A stretch of 29,421 bases of DNA from Candidatus Acetothermia bacterium (GTDB lineage Bacteria > Bipolaricaulota > Bipolaricaulia > M55B111). The stretch covers positions 1 to 29,421 of the forward strand of contig JBKGZT010000011.1 in assembly GCA_046543235.1 (NCBI GenBank). Reading direction: 5' to 3'. This document shows, in pieces, positions 17,474 through 28,676 of this stretch (its first letter is position 1; every line of letters starts with the position of its first letter). The translations under genes and the position numbers were made by a program. The notes under the pieces were generated by a model that was given only the letters and a program-made list of their open reading frames with translations, was not told the DNA's origin and searched no databases.

Positions 17474-17884
17474 TCAGGCCTTTTCCTTCTCGCTCCTTTC
17501 CTTCCAGATCCTGTCCAGAATTCCATTAACGAACTCCGGGGCGTTATCCGTGCCGTATTCCTTGGCGAGTTCTATCGCTTCGTTCATCACGACTTCGGCC
17601 GGAGTATCGTCGTAGAAGAGCATTTCATAAATAGCCATTCTTAGGATATTTCTGTCCAGAAAGGCCAAACGATCGACCTTCCAGCCGACCGTAAACTCCG
17701 AGATGAGCTCGTCAATCCTCTCTAGGTCCTCCAGCGTCCCCTCAAATATCTCCCTGATGAACTCTTCCTGGTCACCGTAGGAACTGTCATCGAGCACCCT
17801 TTCGCGAATTACCCCTTCGTCTTCGACGAATTCCGTTCCGTACAGCGATTTCAAAACCTCTTCTCGGGCCTCGTGCCGCAGCAT
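17474..17884 (-). CDS. nusB: Transcription antitermination factor NusB
   Basis: RHEARE, WKVDRLAFLDRNILRMA, NEAIELAKEY, FVNGILD. Confidence 0.95.
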   Translation of the reverse strand: MLRHEAREEVLKSLYGTEFVEDEGVIRERVLDDSSYGDQEEFIREIFEGTLEDLERIDELISEFTVGWKVDRLAFLDRNILRMAIYEMLFYDDTPAEVVMNEAIELAKEYGTDNAPEFVNGILDRIWKERSEKEKA

Positions 17885-17893
17885 CTCTTAACG

Positions 17894-18094
17894 TCAACCG
17901 AAAAAGAGGGAAAAAAGCTCTCTCAGCTTTCGTTTCACCTGTTTACCCGCTTCCAAGTACAACCCGCCGAGGTAGCCCAGAAAACTGAGGCCCAGTATAA
18001 GCAGGACCACCTGCCAGTTGAAAAATATAAACAACAGGGCAACGACAAAACCCGCTGCCGCACCGATAAACCTATAGTCAGTTTTCATCTTCAT
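17894..18094 (-). CDS. Small membrane protein (DUF2273-like)
   Basis: Two TM segments (IGAAAGFVVALL; LGYLGG); conserved position between amaP and nusB. Confidence 0.7.
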   Translation of the reverse strand: MKMKTDYRFIGAAAGFVVALLFIFFNWQVVLLILGLSFLGYLGGLYLEAGKQVKRKLRELFSLFFG

Positions 18095-18683
18095 CTCCCT
18101 CGAATTCTATCTCTTCGGGGCCCTCGACCTCCGTTTTCGTCGAGGAATCCTTGATGTCAGAGCTTTCAACTCCCCTTGTATAGAAATCGATCCTTTCCAC
18201 GTTCAAACCGGTCCTCTCGTGAACCTTCTCTCGTAGTGTTTCCTGGACTTTCTCGCCGAGTTCACCTATATCGTCCTCGGACCCGACTTTGGCATTAACC
18301 TCTATGCTGACCCCGCCTCCCGACTGAGTTAACTTCGTCCGGAAGGACTTCAAATCAAGGTCAACCCTGAGGATTTCATCGGTCAGCTCCTTGACCGCGT
18401 GACGAGAGATGTGGATGTTCCCTAAATCGCCCTCGTGAACGAAGGTCCTTTGCCTCGTATAAGAGACCACGAACTTTCTGACAAAATAAAGACCGACAAA
18501 ACCGGAGAGGGCCCCAATCGCGTAAAGCAGCAGCGTTCCAGGCCTCCCGCCAAGAAAAGCCTGAAGGTCATACTCGGGGAAGAAGCCGTAGGCGTAGCCT
18601 ATAAACCCCGCGGCTATGAAAAACCAGATGAAAGCCAGCAGTACGTAGAATACGTCAACGAAGCGGTTCCTTAAAGTGTCCAC
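18078..18683 (-). CDS. amaP: Alkaline shock response membrane anchor protein AmaP-like
   Basis: Two N-terminal TM helices, then LGNIHISRHAV...VQETLREKVHERTGL. GTG 18683 directly follows the asp23 stop; the ORF track starts at 18728. Confidence 0.75.
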   Translation of the reverse strand: MDTLRNRFVDVFYVLLAFIWFFIAAGFIGYAYGFFPEYDLQAFLGGRPGTLLLYAIGALSGFVGLYFVRKFVVSYTRQRTFVHEGDLGNIHISRHAVKELTDEILRVDLDLKSFRTKLTQSGGGVSIEVNAKVGSEDDIGELGEKVQETLREKVHERTGLNVERIDFYTRGVESSDIKDSSTKTEVEGPEEIEFEGDEDEN

Positions 18684-18684
18684 T

Positions 18685-19077
18685 TTATTGCTCCTCCAGG
18701 TCCTCCAGTTCCGTCTCTTCCCCCTCAAAGGCCAGGGCCGAGACGTCTACGTTTATTTCACTGACCTCTAATCCGGTCATTTCTTCTACTTCTTTTTGGA
18801 CGCTATCCTGGACGGCCTCGGCCGTCTCGTGGACGGGATACCCGTACTTAACAGCTATATTAACGTTAATCTTGACGTGACCGTCCTCCAGTTCCGTCTC
18901 CACAGTCTTGGTACTTCCCCTGTTAAAAACAGATGAAATACCCGACTTATCCTCCCGTTCCACCAAACCTTCGACCCCCATAGCGGCCACCGCCGCGATA
19001 GAAGTAATGACGTCCTTGGATATCTCGATTTCCCCCAGCCCCATCGACGACCTGTACTCTTCCTCCTCCATCTCCAT
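18685..19077 (-). CDS. Asp23/Gls24 family envelope stress response protein
   Basis: LGEIEISKDVITSIA, VKYGYPV, EVEEMTGLEVSEINVDV. Confidence 0.92.
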   Translation of the reverse strand: MEMEEEEYRSSMGLGEIEISKDVITSIAAVAAMGVEGLVEREDKSGISSVFNRGSTKTVETELEDGHVKINVNIAVKYGYPVHETAEAVQDSVQKEVEEMTGLEVSEINVDVSALAFEGEETELEDLEEQ

Positions 19078-19128
19078 GGAATTCCCTCCTTTTCGGGATA
19101 ATCGGTAAACCTTAGCTGCCCCGATCGT

Positions 19129-19689
19129 TTAGACGCGTTCGACGTATTTATCCTGCCTCGTATCTACCTTTATCGTCGCTCCTTCTTTTACAAAGAGAGG
19201 GACTTTCAGCTCCAGGCCCGTTTCCAGGGTGGCGGGTTTATCTCCGCCGGAAGCAGTATCGCCTTTTACTCCGGGCTTCGTATCGGTGACCTCGAGTTCC
19301 ACGAAAGTTGGTAATTCGATCGAAATCAACTTTTGATCGTGGAACAAACCCTTGACTTCGAGGTTATCCTTGAGGTATTTTACTTTATCTCCCAGCTGGT
19401 CTTCAAGAATCTCGAACTGCGAGTAATCCTTCTGGTCCATAAAGTTATAGCTTTCGCCGGAACTATAAAGGAACTTAAGCGGCCTTTTGTCCAGATATGC
19501 CTTTTTGACGTCTTCTTTTCCTTTAAACGTCTTTGATAGCACCTTTCCCGTGTCGAACGACTTCAACTTGACCCTCGCAAAAGCATCTCCTCTGCCGCGT
19601 TTCGAGTGCTCGTACTGGACTATCCTGTAAAGTCCTCCCTGGTATTCGACGGTCATCCCCTTTGACATATCCGAGACGGATAAACTCAA
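19129..19689 (-). CDS. efp: Elongation factor P
   Basis: KRGRGDAFARVK loop, PGVKGDTASGGDKPATLETG, VPLFV, YVERV. Confidence 0.97.
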   Translation of the reverse strand: MSLSVSDMSKGMTVEYQGGLYRIVQYEHSKRGRGDAFARVKLKSFDTGKVLSKTFKGKEDVKKAYLDKRPLKFLYSSGESYNFMDQKDYSQFEILEDQLGDKVKYLKDNLEVKGLFHDQKLISIELPTFVELEVTDTKPGVKGDTASGGDKPATLETGLELKVPLFVKEGATIKVDTRQDKYVERV

Positions 19690-19820
19690 ATGCCTTCACC
19701 TCCGAATTAAAACCTTTTAAATTTATTGGTTCGATACCGTTGATCGTTCAAAGGTTCTACACTATTATAATTACGACGTGTTGTTTTATCATACTTGAAA
19801 TTTAAACAGCGGCTATTTAA

Positions 19821-19866
19821 CAAAACTTGCCGAGAAAGCCCCGTAGTTTGCTGCGGGGTAATTAAC
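19821..19866 (+). repeat. Short IS200/IS605-end-like palindromic repeat
   Basis: CAAAACTTGCCGAGAAAG-CCCCGTAG-TTTG-CTGCGGGG-TAATTAAC. The first 22 nt are 21/22 identical to 29289-29310 and 19/22 identical to the reverse complement of 16103-16124. Confidence 0.65.
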
Positions 19867-19968
19867 TTCTCAAAAAAGCAACAGGAGCCGGAAAGCCCAG
19901 GAAGCCAGGCAACTGGTTGGGCGGCTAAATCCTAAGCTATCGATACCAAATTAAAAAGGAGACAAACG

Positions 19969-20910
19969 ATGCTAAATACACAAAACGACCTTTACGATGT
20001 GGCTATCGTGGGCGGTGGTCCCGCAGCCCATTCAGCAGCACTTTACGCCAGGCGAAAAGAACTAAAAACCGCCATGATTGCCAAGGAAGAAGGTGGACAG
20101 CTCCTTTATTCGAGCGAAATCGACAACTACCTCGGGGTACCTGACGTCGAGGCATTTGAACTGGTAAAGAAGTTCCGGGGCCACGTGGACAAGTACGAAC
20201 CAGAGAAGATCGAGGACGAAGTACTCGACGTCGAAAAGGACGAAGAATTCAGGCTGAAGCTCGATAAAGGCGAGGAACTGCGGTCCAGGACGTTAATTAT
20301 AGCCACCGGGGCCAAGTGGAGGAAATTGGACGTTCCAGGAGAAGAGGAATTCTCCGGCAAAGGTCTTAGTTACTGTACAACCTGTGATGGCCCCCTCTTC
20401 GCCGGAGCTGACGTGGCCGTGGTTGGTGGAGGAAACTCGGCCTTCGAGGGAATCATCGACCTACTGCCCATCGCCAACAGGATTGTGAACGTCGACATAG
20501 CCCCGGAACCGATAGCGGATCCCGTTCTTCAGAGACACGTCGAGAACTCCGATCATTTGGATGAAGTCGAACTCGAACGATACTACGGACACGAAATCCT
20601 TGAGATACTCGGGGACGAAATGGTAACCGGACTGAGTCTCAGGGACAGGGATACGGGAGAAGAAAAGGAAGTGGAAGTCGAGGGGATTTTCGTGGAGATA
20701 GGACTGATCCCCAATTCTGGGTTTGTGGACCACCTGGTGGAGACCAACGACGCGGGAGAAATCGTAGTTGGCTGCGACAGTGAGACGAACGTGGAGGGAC
20801 TCTTCGCGGCTGGTGACGTAACCAGCGTGCCGGAGAAACAGATCATAATTGCCGCCGGGGAAGGTGCGAAGGCCGCCCTGGGGGCTTACAGGTACCTGAT
20901 TCACCAGTAA
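19969..20910 (+). CDS. Thioredoxin reductase-like FAD disulfide reductase (AhpF C-terminal-domain type)
   Basis: IVGGGPA, IATGA, redox centre CTTCDG, VVGGGNSA, FAAGDVT. Confidence 0.9.
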   Translation: MLNTQNDLYDVAIVGGGPAAHSAALYARRKELKTAMIAKEEGGQLLYSSEIDNYLGVPDVEAFELVKKFRGHVDKYEPEKIEDEVLDVEKDEEFRLKLDKGEELRSRTLIIATGAKWRKLDVPGEEEFSGKGLSYCTTCDGPLFAGADVAVVGGGNSAFEGIIDLLPIANRIVNVDIAPEPIADPVLQRHVENSDHLDEVELERYYGHEILEILGDEMVTGLSLRDRDTGEEKEVEVEGIFVEIGLIPNSGFVDHLVETNDAGEIVVGCDSETNVEGLFAAGDVTSVPEKQIIIAAGEGAKAALGAYRYLIHQ

Positions 20911-20984
20911 ACATCCACGAAGCCCTGTAGACTTTATCTTCAGCTTAAGATAAGTTTTCTAAGTCAAATATTTCCCTATAATAC

Positions 20985-21014
20985 GAAAACCCCGCCGAAA
21001 GCGGCGGGGTTTTC
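20985..21014. terminator. Bidirectional intrinsic terminator between the trxB-like gene and atpD
   Basis: GAAAACCCCGCCG-AAAG-CGGCGGGGTTTTC with T-runs on both strands. Confidence 0.9.
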
Positions 21015-21034
21015 TTCGTTCAGGCAAACCTGAA

Positions 21035-23337
<2,303 letters not shown>

Positions 23338-23360
<23 letters not shown>

Positions 23361-24876
23361 CGCCCCCCTCCTTGAACTCCTCGTCGAACTCGGCGAGCGC
23401 TCGTTTGAGTTCTTCTTCTATCTCTTCAGTCAATTCCGCGGTCTCCTTTAACTCCGTAAGCACGTCTTCGTAGTAGGTTTCGACGTGTTTGAGCATCGCT
23501 TCCTCGTAATCCTTTACTCCCTCGACTTCGAGGTCGTCGATATAGCCGTTGACCGCGGCGTAAAGCGAAACTGCTTGTTTTTCCACCGGCATCGGCTGAT
23601 ACTGGTCCTGAGTCAGCATCTCCATCACACGCTCACCGCGGGCGAGCTGCGCCTGGGACTCCTCGTCGAGCTCTGAGGCAAATTCCGCAAACGCCTCCAG
23701 GTCACGGTATTGAGCCATTTCCAACCGTAACTCCCCTGCGATCTCCTGCATCGCCTCGTTCTGTGCGGCACCACCTACACGTGAGACCGAATCCCCTACG
23801 TTTATCGCCGGGCGGAATCCCTGGTTGAACAGGTCCGATTCCAGGTATATCTGCCCGTCAGTGATGGAAATCACGTTGGTCGGAATGTAAGCGGAAATAT
23901 CCCCGGCCTTGGTCTCCACGATCGGGAAGGCGGTTAACGACCCTCCCCCCATTTCTTCGTTAAGCTTGGCAGACCTTTCCAGCAGCCGGGAGTGAGTGTA
24001 GAATATGTCCCCCGGGTAAGCTTCTCGGCCCGGTGGTCGCCGGAGGAGCAGAGAAATCTCCCTGTAGGCAACGGCGTGCTTAGAGAGGTCGTCGTAAACG
24101 ATGAAGGCGTCTTCACCGTTATACATGTAGTGCTCGGCCATCGCCGTTCCCGCATAGGGCGCTATGTACTGCATCGGCGTCGGGTCCTCGGCGTTTGCCG
24201 CGATAACCGTCGTGTACTCCATCGCCCCGTTCTTCCTCAGGGTATCCACCGTCTTTGCGATCGTGGAGGTCTTCTGCCCGACGGCCACGTAGAAACAGTG
24301 CACGTCGGTATCCTTTTGATTCAGGATGGTGTCCACTGCAATAGCGGTCTTTCCGGTCCTGCGATCCCCGATTATCAGCTCACGCTGTCCCCTCCCGATC
24401 GGGGTCAGGGCGTCGATGGATTTATAACCTGTTTGGAGAGGGACTTCGACCGGTTGTCTCTTTACAACACCCGGTGCCTTTATCTCTATATCTCTGGTTC
24501 TATCGGCATCAACCGGACCCTTACCGTCCTTCGGTTCGGCAAGGGGATTTACGACGCGGCCTTGAAGTTCCGGGCCGACGCTGGTTTCGAGTACCTTTCC
24601 GGTACGCTTTGCCTTGTCGCCTTCGTCGATTTCCTCCACGTCTCCAAAGAGAATAGCGCCGATACTATCTTCCTCCAGACTCATTGCCAGCCCGTTTACC
24701 CCGCCGGGAAACTCCAGAATTTCCATGGACATGGCATTTTCCAGTCCGAAGACGCGGGCAATACCGTCGCCGGCCTCCACAACCACTCCCTCTTCCTCCA
24801 TGGAAAGGGAGTAATCGTAGCCCTTTATCTGCTCTTTGATTAAGCCCGTAATCTCGTCGCTCTTAATTTCTACCAT
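23338..24876 (-). CDS. atpA: F0F1 ATP synthase subunit alpha
   Basis: [27 protein letters not shown]. Confidence 0.98.
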
Positions 24877-25426
24877 TGCTTCCTCCTTCTAAGATGTGCT
24901 CCCGCAAACCTCTAATCTCTCCCTGGACCGAGCCGTCTATGATATGTTCCCCGACCTTGAGCCTGATTCCACCTATCAACCCGGCGTCTTCCCTGATCTG
25001 GGTTACGAAAACGGATTTCTCCATAATTTCTTCCAGCCTACCCTTGACCTCTTCCGCGATCTCTCCTCCATCGAGATCAGGAGGGACCGTAATTTCTACC
25101 TCGATTATTTCCTCCTCGTCCCTCCTGATCACCCGCAACCTCTCGTAGATCAGCGGGAGGTAATCCTCCCTGTCCTTGTTCACTAGGAGTTTCAGGAAAT
25201 TCAGGGTCTCCCGAAGCACGGATTCCCCAAGGATCTCGTCCAGCATGCTTTCTTTATCCTCGTTCGGAACGAGCGGGTGAATGAGAAAATCCATCAACTG
25301 GTCGTTTGAATCCACCAACCGAGCCACCTCTGCCAGATCCCCCTGTAACTGATCCAGCTTACCTTCTTCCGACCCGAGCTCGTATAGCGCTTCCGCATAT
25401 CTATCCGCGACTTCTACTGATTTCAT
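24863..25426 (-). CDS. atpH: F0F1 ATP synthase subunit delta
   Basis: [31 protein letters not shown]; operon position. Confidence 0.94.
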   Translation of the reverse strand: MKSVEVADRYAEALYELGSEEGKLDQLQGDLAEVARLVDSNDQLMDFLIHPLVPNEDKESMLDEILGESVLRETLNFLKLLVNKDREDYLPLIYERLRVIRRDEEEIIEVEITVPPDLDGGEIAEEVKGRLEEIMEKSVFVTQIREDAGLIGGIRLKVGEHIIDGSVQGEIRGLREHILEGGSNGRN

Positions 25427-25944
25427 CCCGTGTTCAGCTCTTTTTCCTTCAGCTCGTCAAATAGGGAATCGAGGAACTTCGCGTGATCCTCCCGTTTGAT
25501 GTCCCTTTGCAGGACCTTTTCCGCACCGGTCAGTGCCATATCCACGTACTCTTCCTCTAGCTCCTTAAAGGCCTCTTCCTTTTCCTGCCTGGCTTCTTTT
25601 CTCGCTTGTTCAACTATTCTTTCGGCCTCTTCTTCTGCCTCTTCCCTTCCCTCTTGGATGATTTCTTCCGCCCGGCGCTCGGCTTCTTCGATAATCTCGT
25701 TCCGGCGCCGTTTTGCCTCCTTCAGCTTTTCTTCTCTCTCCTTCTTCAACTGCCGGGCGGTCTCTTCTTTTTCCTGGGCGTTATCTATCCTCGATTTTAT
25801 CTTCTCGCGCTTTTCCTGAATGAATTCCTTCGCCGGGCGGAAAAGCAGCCAGGACAGAACGACCACGAGAATACCAAAATTTATCCAGTTGGCAACGATA
25901 GTTAAATTGAAACTCTCGATAATCGTCTGCCATTCTAGTCCCAT
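25423..25944 (-). CDS. atpF: F0F1 ATP synthase subunit b
   Basis: N-terminal TM (INFGILVVVL) followed by a charged coiled coil. Confidence 0.93.
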   Translation of the reverse strand: MGLEWQTIIESFNLTIVANWINFGILVVVLSWLLFRPAKEFIQEKREKIKSRIDNAQEKEETARQLKKEREEKLKEAKRRRNEIIEEAERRAEEIIQEGREEAEEEAERIVEQARKEARQEKEEAFKELEEEYVDMALTGAEKVLQRDIKREDHAKFLDSLFDELKEKELNTG

Positions 25945-25956
25945 GGGTTACCTCGA

Positions 25957-26202
25957 TTAAACGACCATCAGCAACATTATGGCGACGATCAAGGAATATA
26001 TACCCGTAGATTCGGTAATAGCCTGACCGATTACCATCGTCCTCAACAAGCTATCCTCCATTTCCGGCTGGCGTGCCATACCGTCTATCGCGTGAGAGGC
26101 AACCTGCCCCTCGCCGTAAGCGGCCGCGATAGAACCGATTCCCATTACGAACCCCGCCGCCAGGTACTTGGCTGCCGTCGTGATGCTAGCTGAAAGTTCC
26201 AT
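25957..26202 (-). CDS. atpE: F0F1 ATP synthase subunit c (Na+-type motif)
   Basis: ARQPE loop, GEG in helix 1, ESTGIY in helix 2. Confidence 0.96.
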   Translation of the reverse strand: MELSASITTAAKYLAAGFVMGIGSIAAAYGEGQVASHAIDGMARQPEMEDSLLRTMVIGQAITESTGIYSLIVAIMLLMVV

Positions 26203-26235
26203 CGAATAAATACCTCCTGATTTATTAAGTGATTA

Positions 26236-26928
26236 CTACTGTTGAACTGCCACGTTTATGTACGAAACCGCCAACAACGCAAAAACAAAAGCCTGAATTG
26301 CCCCGATAAACAGTCCGTAAAAGGCCTGAAAAAAGGCCGGGAGCAGGATCGGGATTAACCTCGCGGTCAAGACGCTTATCAGAACAGCCCCCCCAAACAC
26401 GTTCCCGAAAAGCCTGAAAGAATGCGAAATAGGCTTGGCTATCTCGGATATTACATTCATGGGCAACATAAAGGGATAAGGCTCAGCAAAGGATTTCAGG
26501 TAAGTTCCCGTTCCATTTATCCTCATACCGTAGTAGTGAGAAACCAGGAATACGAGCAGGGCAAAGCTGAGCGGAATGTTGAAATCCTGAGTCGGTGAAG
26601 AAAGGCCAGGAACGATAGAAATCCAGTTTGATACGGTAATAAAGAGGAACAGCGTCGAGATAAAGGAGTAGAGCTGTGTCCGGAGCCGCTCGGACTCGAA
26701 GGCATCCGCGAACTGTTCCTCAAGCAGGTTGATCAGTGACTCCAGAACTATCAGCCTGCCGGAGGGCTCCTCCTCGACGTCCTGTTCGAGCCCCTTTCTG
26801 AGCCACCAGGCGAACCCAATTATTAGCGCCATAACGACCCAGGACATTAACAACGTGATTATATCCAGCCCGAACATGTCCGGACCGCCAAATTTCAGAA
26901 CGAGCTTTTCCCCGAGATGCTCCAGCAT
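26236..26928 (-). CDS. atpB: F0F1 ATP synthase subunit a
   Basis: SPTQD, SHSFRLFGN (essential Arg), IQAFVFALL. Confidence 0.96.
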   Translation of the reverse strand: MLEHLGEKLVLKFGGPDMFGLDIITLLMSWVVMALIIGFAWWLRKGLEQDVEEEPSGRLIVLESLINLLEEQFADAFESERLRTQLYSFISTLFLFITVSNWISIVPGLSSPTQDFNIPLSFALLVFLVSHYYGMRINGTGTYLKSFAEPYPFMLPMNVISEIAKPISHSFRLFGNVFGGAVLISVLTARLIPILLPAFFQAFYGLFIGAIQAFVFALLAVSYINVAVQQ

Positions 26929-26942
26929 TTTTTACCTCCGAA

Positions 26943-27335
26943 TTACCGGTTTTTGAGGGCCTCTTTAAATCGCAGCGTGAAACCGGGGACTAACACCCCA
27001 CCCGCCGCCGCGAAAAAACTCAACCAGTCAGTTAGGGTCGCTAATACAAGAGCCAGACCGTAGAATATAAGCCTGACCAGGGCAACCGAAGAGGCCCTTC
27101 TGGCTATCTTTTCCGTTTCGTCGTTCTCCGCCATTCCGGCGGACCAGGTCGCCAGCAACCCGTTTAACCCAAGCGCCACGGCGAGCCCGTACCAGAAACC
27201 AAAAGCATAGCTACTTCCGATCGCAAAGAAAAGCGCTTCTCCTATTACAAGCCCTACTACTATAATTAACTTTACTGGAAATAATTCTGAAAAAGCGATT
27301 AGGTATTCTTCTCCCGGAGCGCTAAGCCAAACCAG
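26943..27335 (-). CDS. atpI: ATP synthase protein I (putative, probable CTG start)
   Basis: The hydrophobic frame stays open for 52 codons upstream of the GTG at 27179, giving about 130 aa. SD-like AAGAGGT lies 8 nt before CTG 27335, and the gene sits directly before atpB. Confidence 0.7.
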   Translation of the reverse strand: MVWLSAPGEEYLIAFSELFPVKLIIVVGLVIGEALFFAIGSSYAFGFWYGLAVALGLNGLLATWSAGMAENDETEKIARRASSVALVRLIFYGLALVLATLTDWLSFFAAAGGVLVPGFTLRFKEALKNR

Positions 27336-27368
27336 TTATTACGACCTCTTAAATCAAGCTAAAGTCGT

Positions 27369-27938
27369 CTAGACCGCCCTCACCTGATCCGTTTTACCAT
27401 CGACCAGCTCGTCAACCCTATCCGTCATCGAGGAAGTAACTTCGTCCACTTCGTCCTTCAACATGTACATGTCGTCCTCGGTAATTTCCCCTTCTTCCTC
27501 CTGGTTTTCTATTTTCTTGTTGGTATCCCGACGTATGTTGCGGATGGCTACCTTCGTCTCCTCCGCTTTGTCCTCTATCAAATTTACCAGCTCTTCCCTC
27601 CTTTCACCGGAGAGCTTAGGAACCGGCACCCGGACCACTTCCCCGTCGTTGCTCGGGTTTAGTCCCAGGTCCGCCTCCATGAGTGCATGCTCTATTGCTT
27701 CTATTTGACTGCTATCATAAGGCTGGACCACCAGAAGGCCCGTTTCTGGAGCGGAGATATTGGAGATCTGATTCAACGGCGTATCGGTACCGTAATACTC
27801 CACCTCGATGTCCTCTATCATGGCGGGGTTCGCCTGGCCGACATGGATCTTCGACAGCTCCTCCTGCAGAGTGCTGACCGACTGCTTCATCTTCTTCTTC
27901 ATTTCCGGTACGGGATTTGACGTGCTCACTTTATCCAC
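27369..27938 (-). CDS. frr: Ribosome recycling factor
   Basis: GQANP, VEYYGTDTPLNQI, LGLNPSNDG, ERREELV, KVAIRNIRRD. Confidence 0.96.
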   Translation of the reverse strand: MDKVSTSNPVPEMKKKMKQSVSTLQEELSKIHVGQANPAMIEDIEVEYYGTDTPLNQISNISAPETGLLVVQPYDSSQIEAIEHALMEADLGLNPSNDGEVVRVPVPKLSGERREELVNLIEDKAEETKVAIRNIRRDTNKKIENQEEEGEITEDDMYMLKDEVDEVTSSMTDRVDELVDGKTDQVRAV

Positions 27939-28022
27939 TCCCAGCTTCGGATTTTAATACTCTTGCTAAACTAATCACCTACATCAAGAACTACTTGTAA
28001 CTAAGAGAACAATTATCGGTAT

Positions 28023-28050
28023 ATTGTAGTGGTTTTGTATCCCGTTTCAA
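28023..28050 (-). promoter_or_regulatory. Sigma70-type promoter upstream of frr
   Basis: Minus strand TTGAAA, 16 nt, TACAAT. Confidence 0.5.
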
Positions 28051-28312
28051 ACAGCTCCCGACCCAGCCCTAAACTTCGCCCCTGATTTAAATCTGCTCTC
28101 CCCACTGATGGAGGGAAAGCCCTGCCTTTCGTCCGAAGTCATGGCCTCAACCCATTACCCCAATTCGGTCATCCTTTAACTTATCTTCGCGCGGACAGCC
28201 GGACTCAAGAGCCGTTATTACGTATAAGCCAAAATAGTTAAAACGTTACTTAAGAAAAAACCTTGGATCACGCTATCCCCGACTATTAGGCGAGGGTTCA
28301 AGGTTTGTTCTG

Positions 28313-28540
28313 CTAGTCCTGGCTCACTTCGATTGCATCCACGGGGCAATCCTCTTCTCCTCCCCGGGCGGAATCGACCAAATCGTCCGAAACTTCGCCA
28401 GTCCTTTCGTCTTCCGTCCGGTGTTCCGCCACCAGCCTCGATTTCCCGTTATCGTCCGATTCGTAAACGTCGGGGTAGGATTGGTAACAGATTCCACAGG
28501 CTATACACGCGTCTTCATCTATCTCTACTTTTGCTGACAT
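28313..28540 (-). CDS. Single-cluster ferredoxin
   Basis: CIACGIC...CPVDAI; SD GAGGAGGT. Confidence 0.92.
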   Translation of the reverse strand: MSAKVEIDEDACIACGICYQSYPDVYESDDNGKSRLVAEHRTEDERTGEVSDDLVDSARGGEEDCPVDAIEVSQD

Positions 28541-28676
28541 CCTGACCTCCTCAAAGTCAAATAGTTGATAATTCGCCGTAACTTCTCTTCCAACAGACCT
28601 CGATTTTGCTTAAATATAATACCGTGATGGCTTGAATAAATACACATCAACCGGACCGACAATCCACTTGGAGCAC

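Noticed and set aside
28050..28310. Unassigned spacer between ferredoxin and frr with weak hairpins and a roughly 31-codon ORF
   Set aside because: No recognisable RNA family, strong repeat or coding signal.
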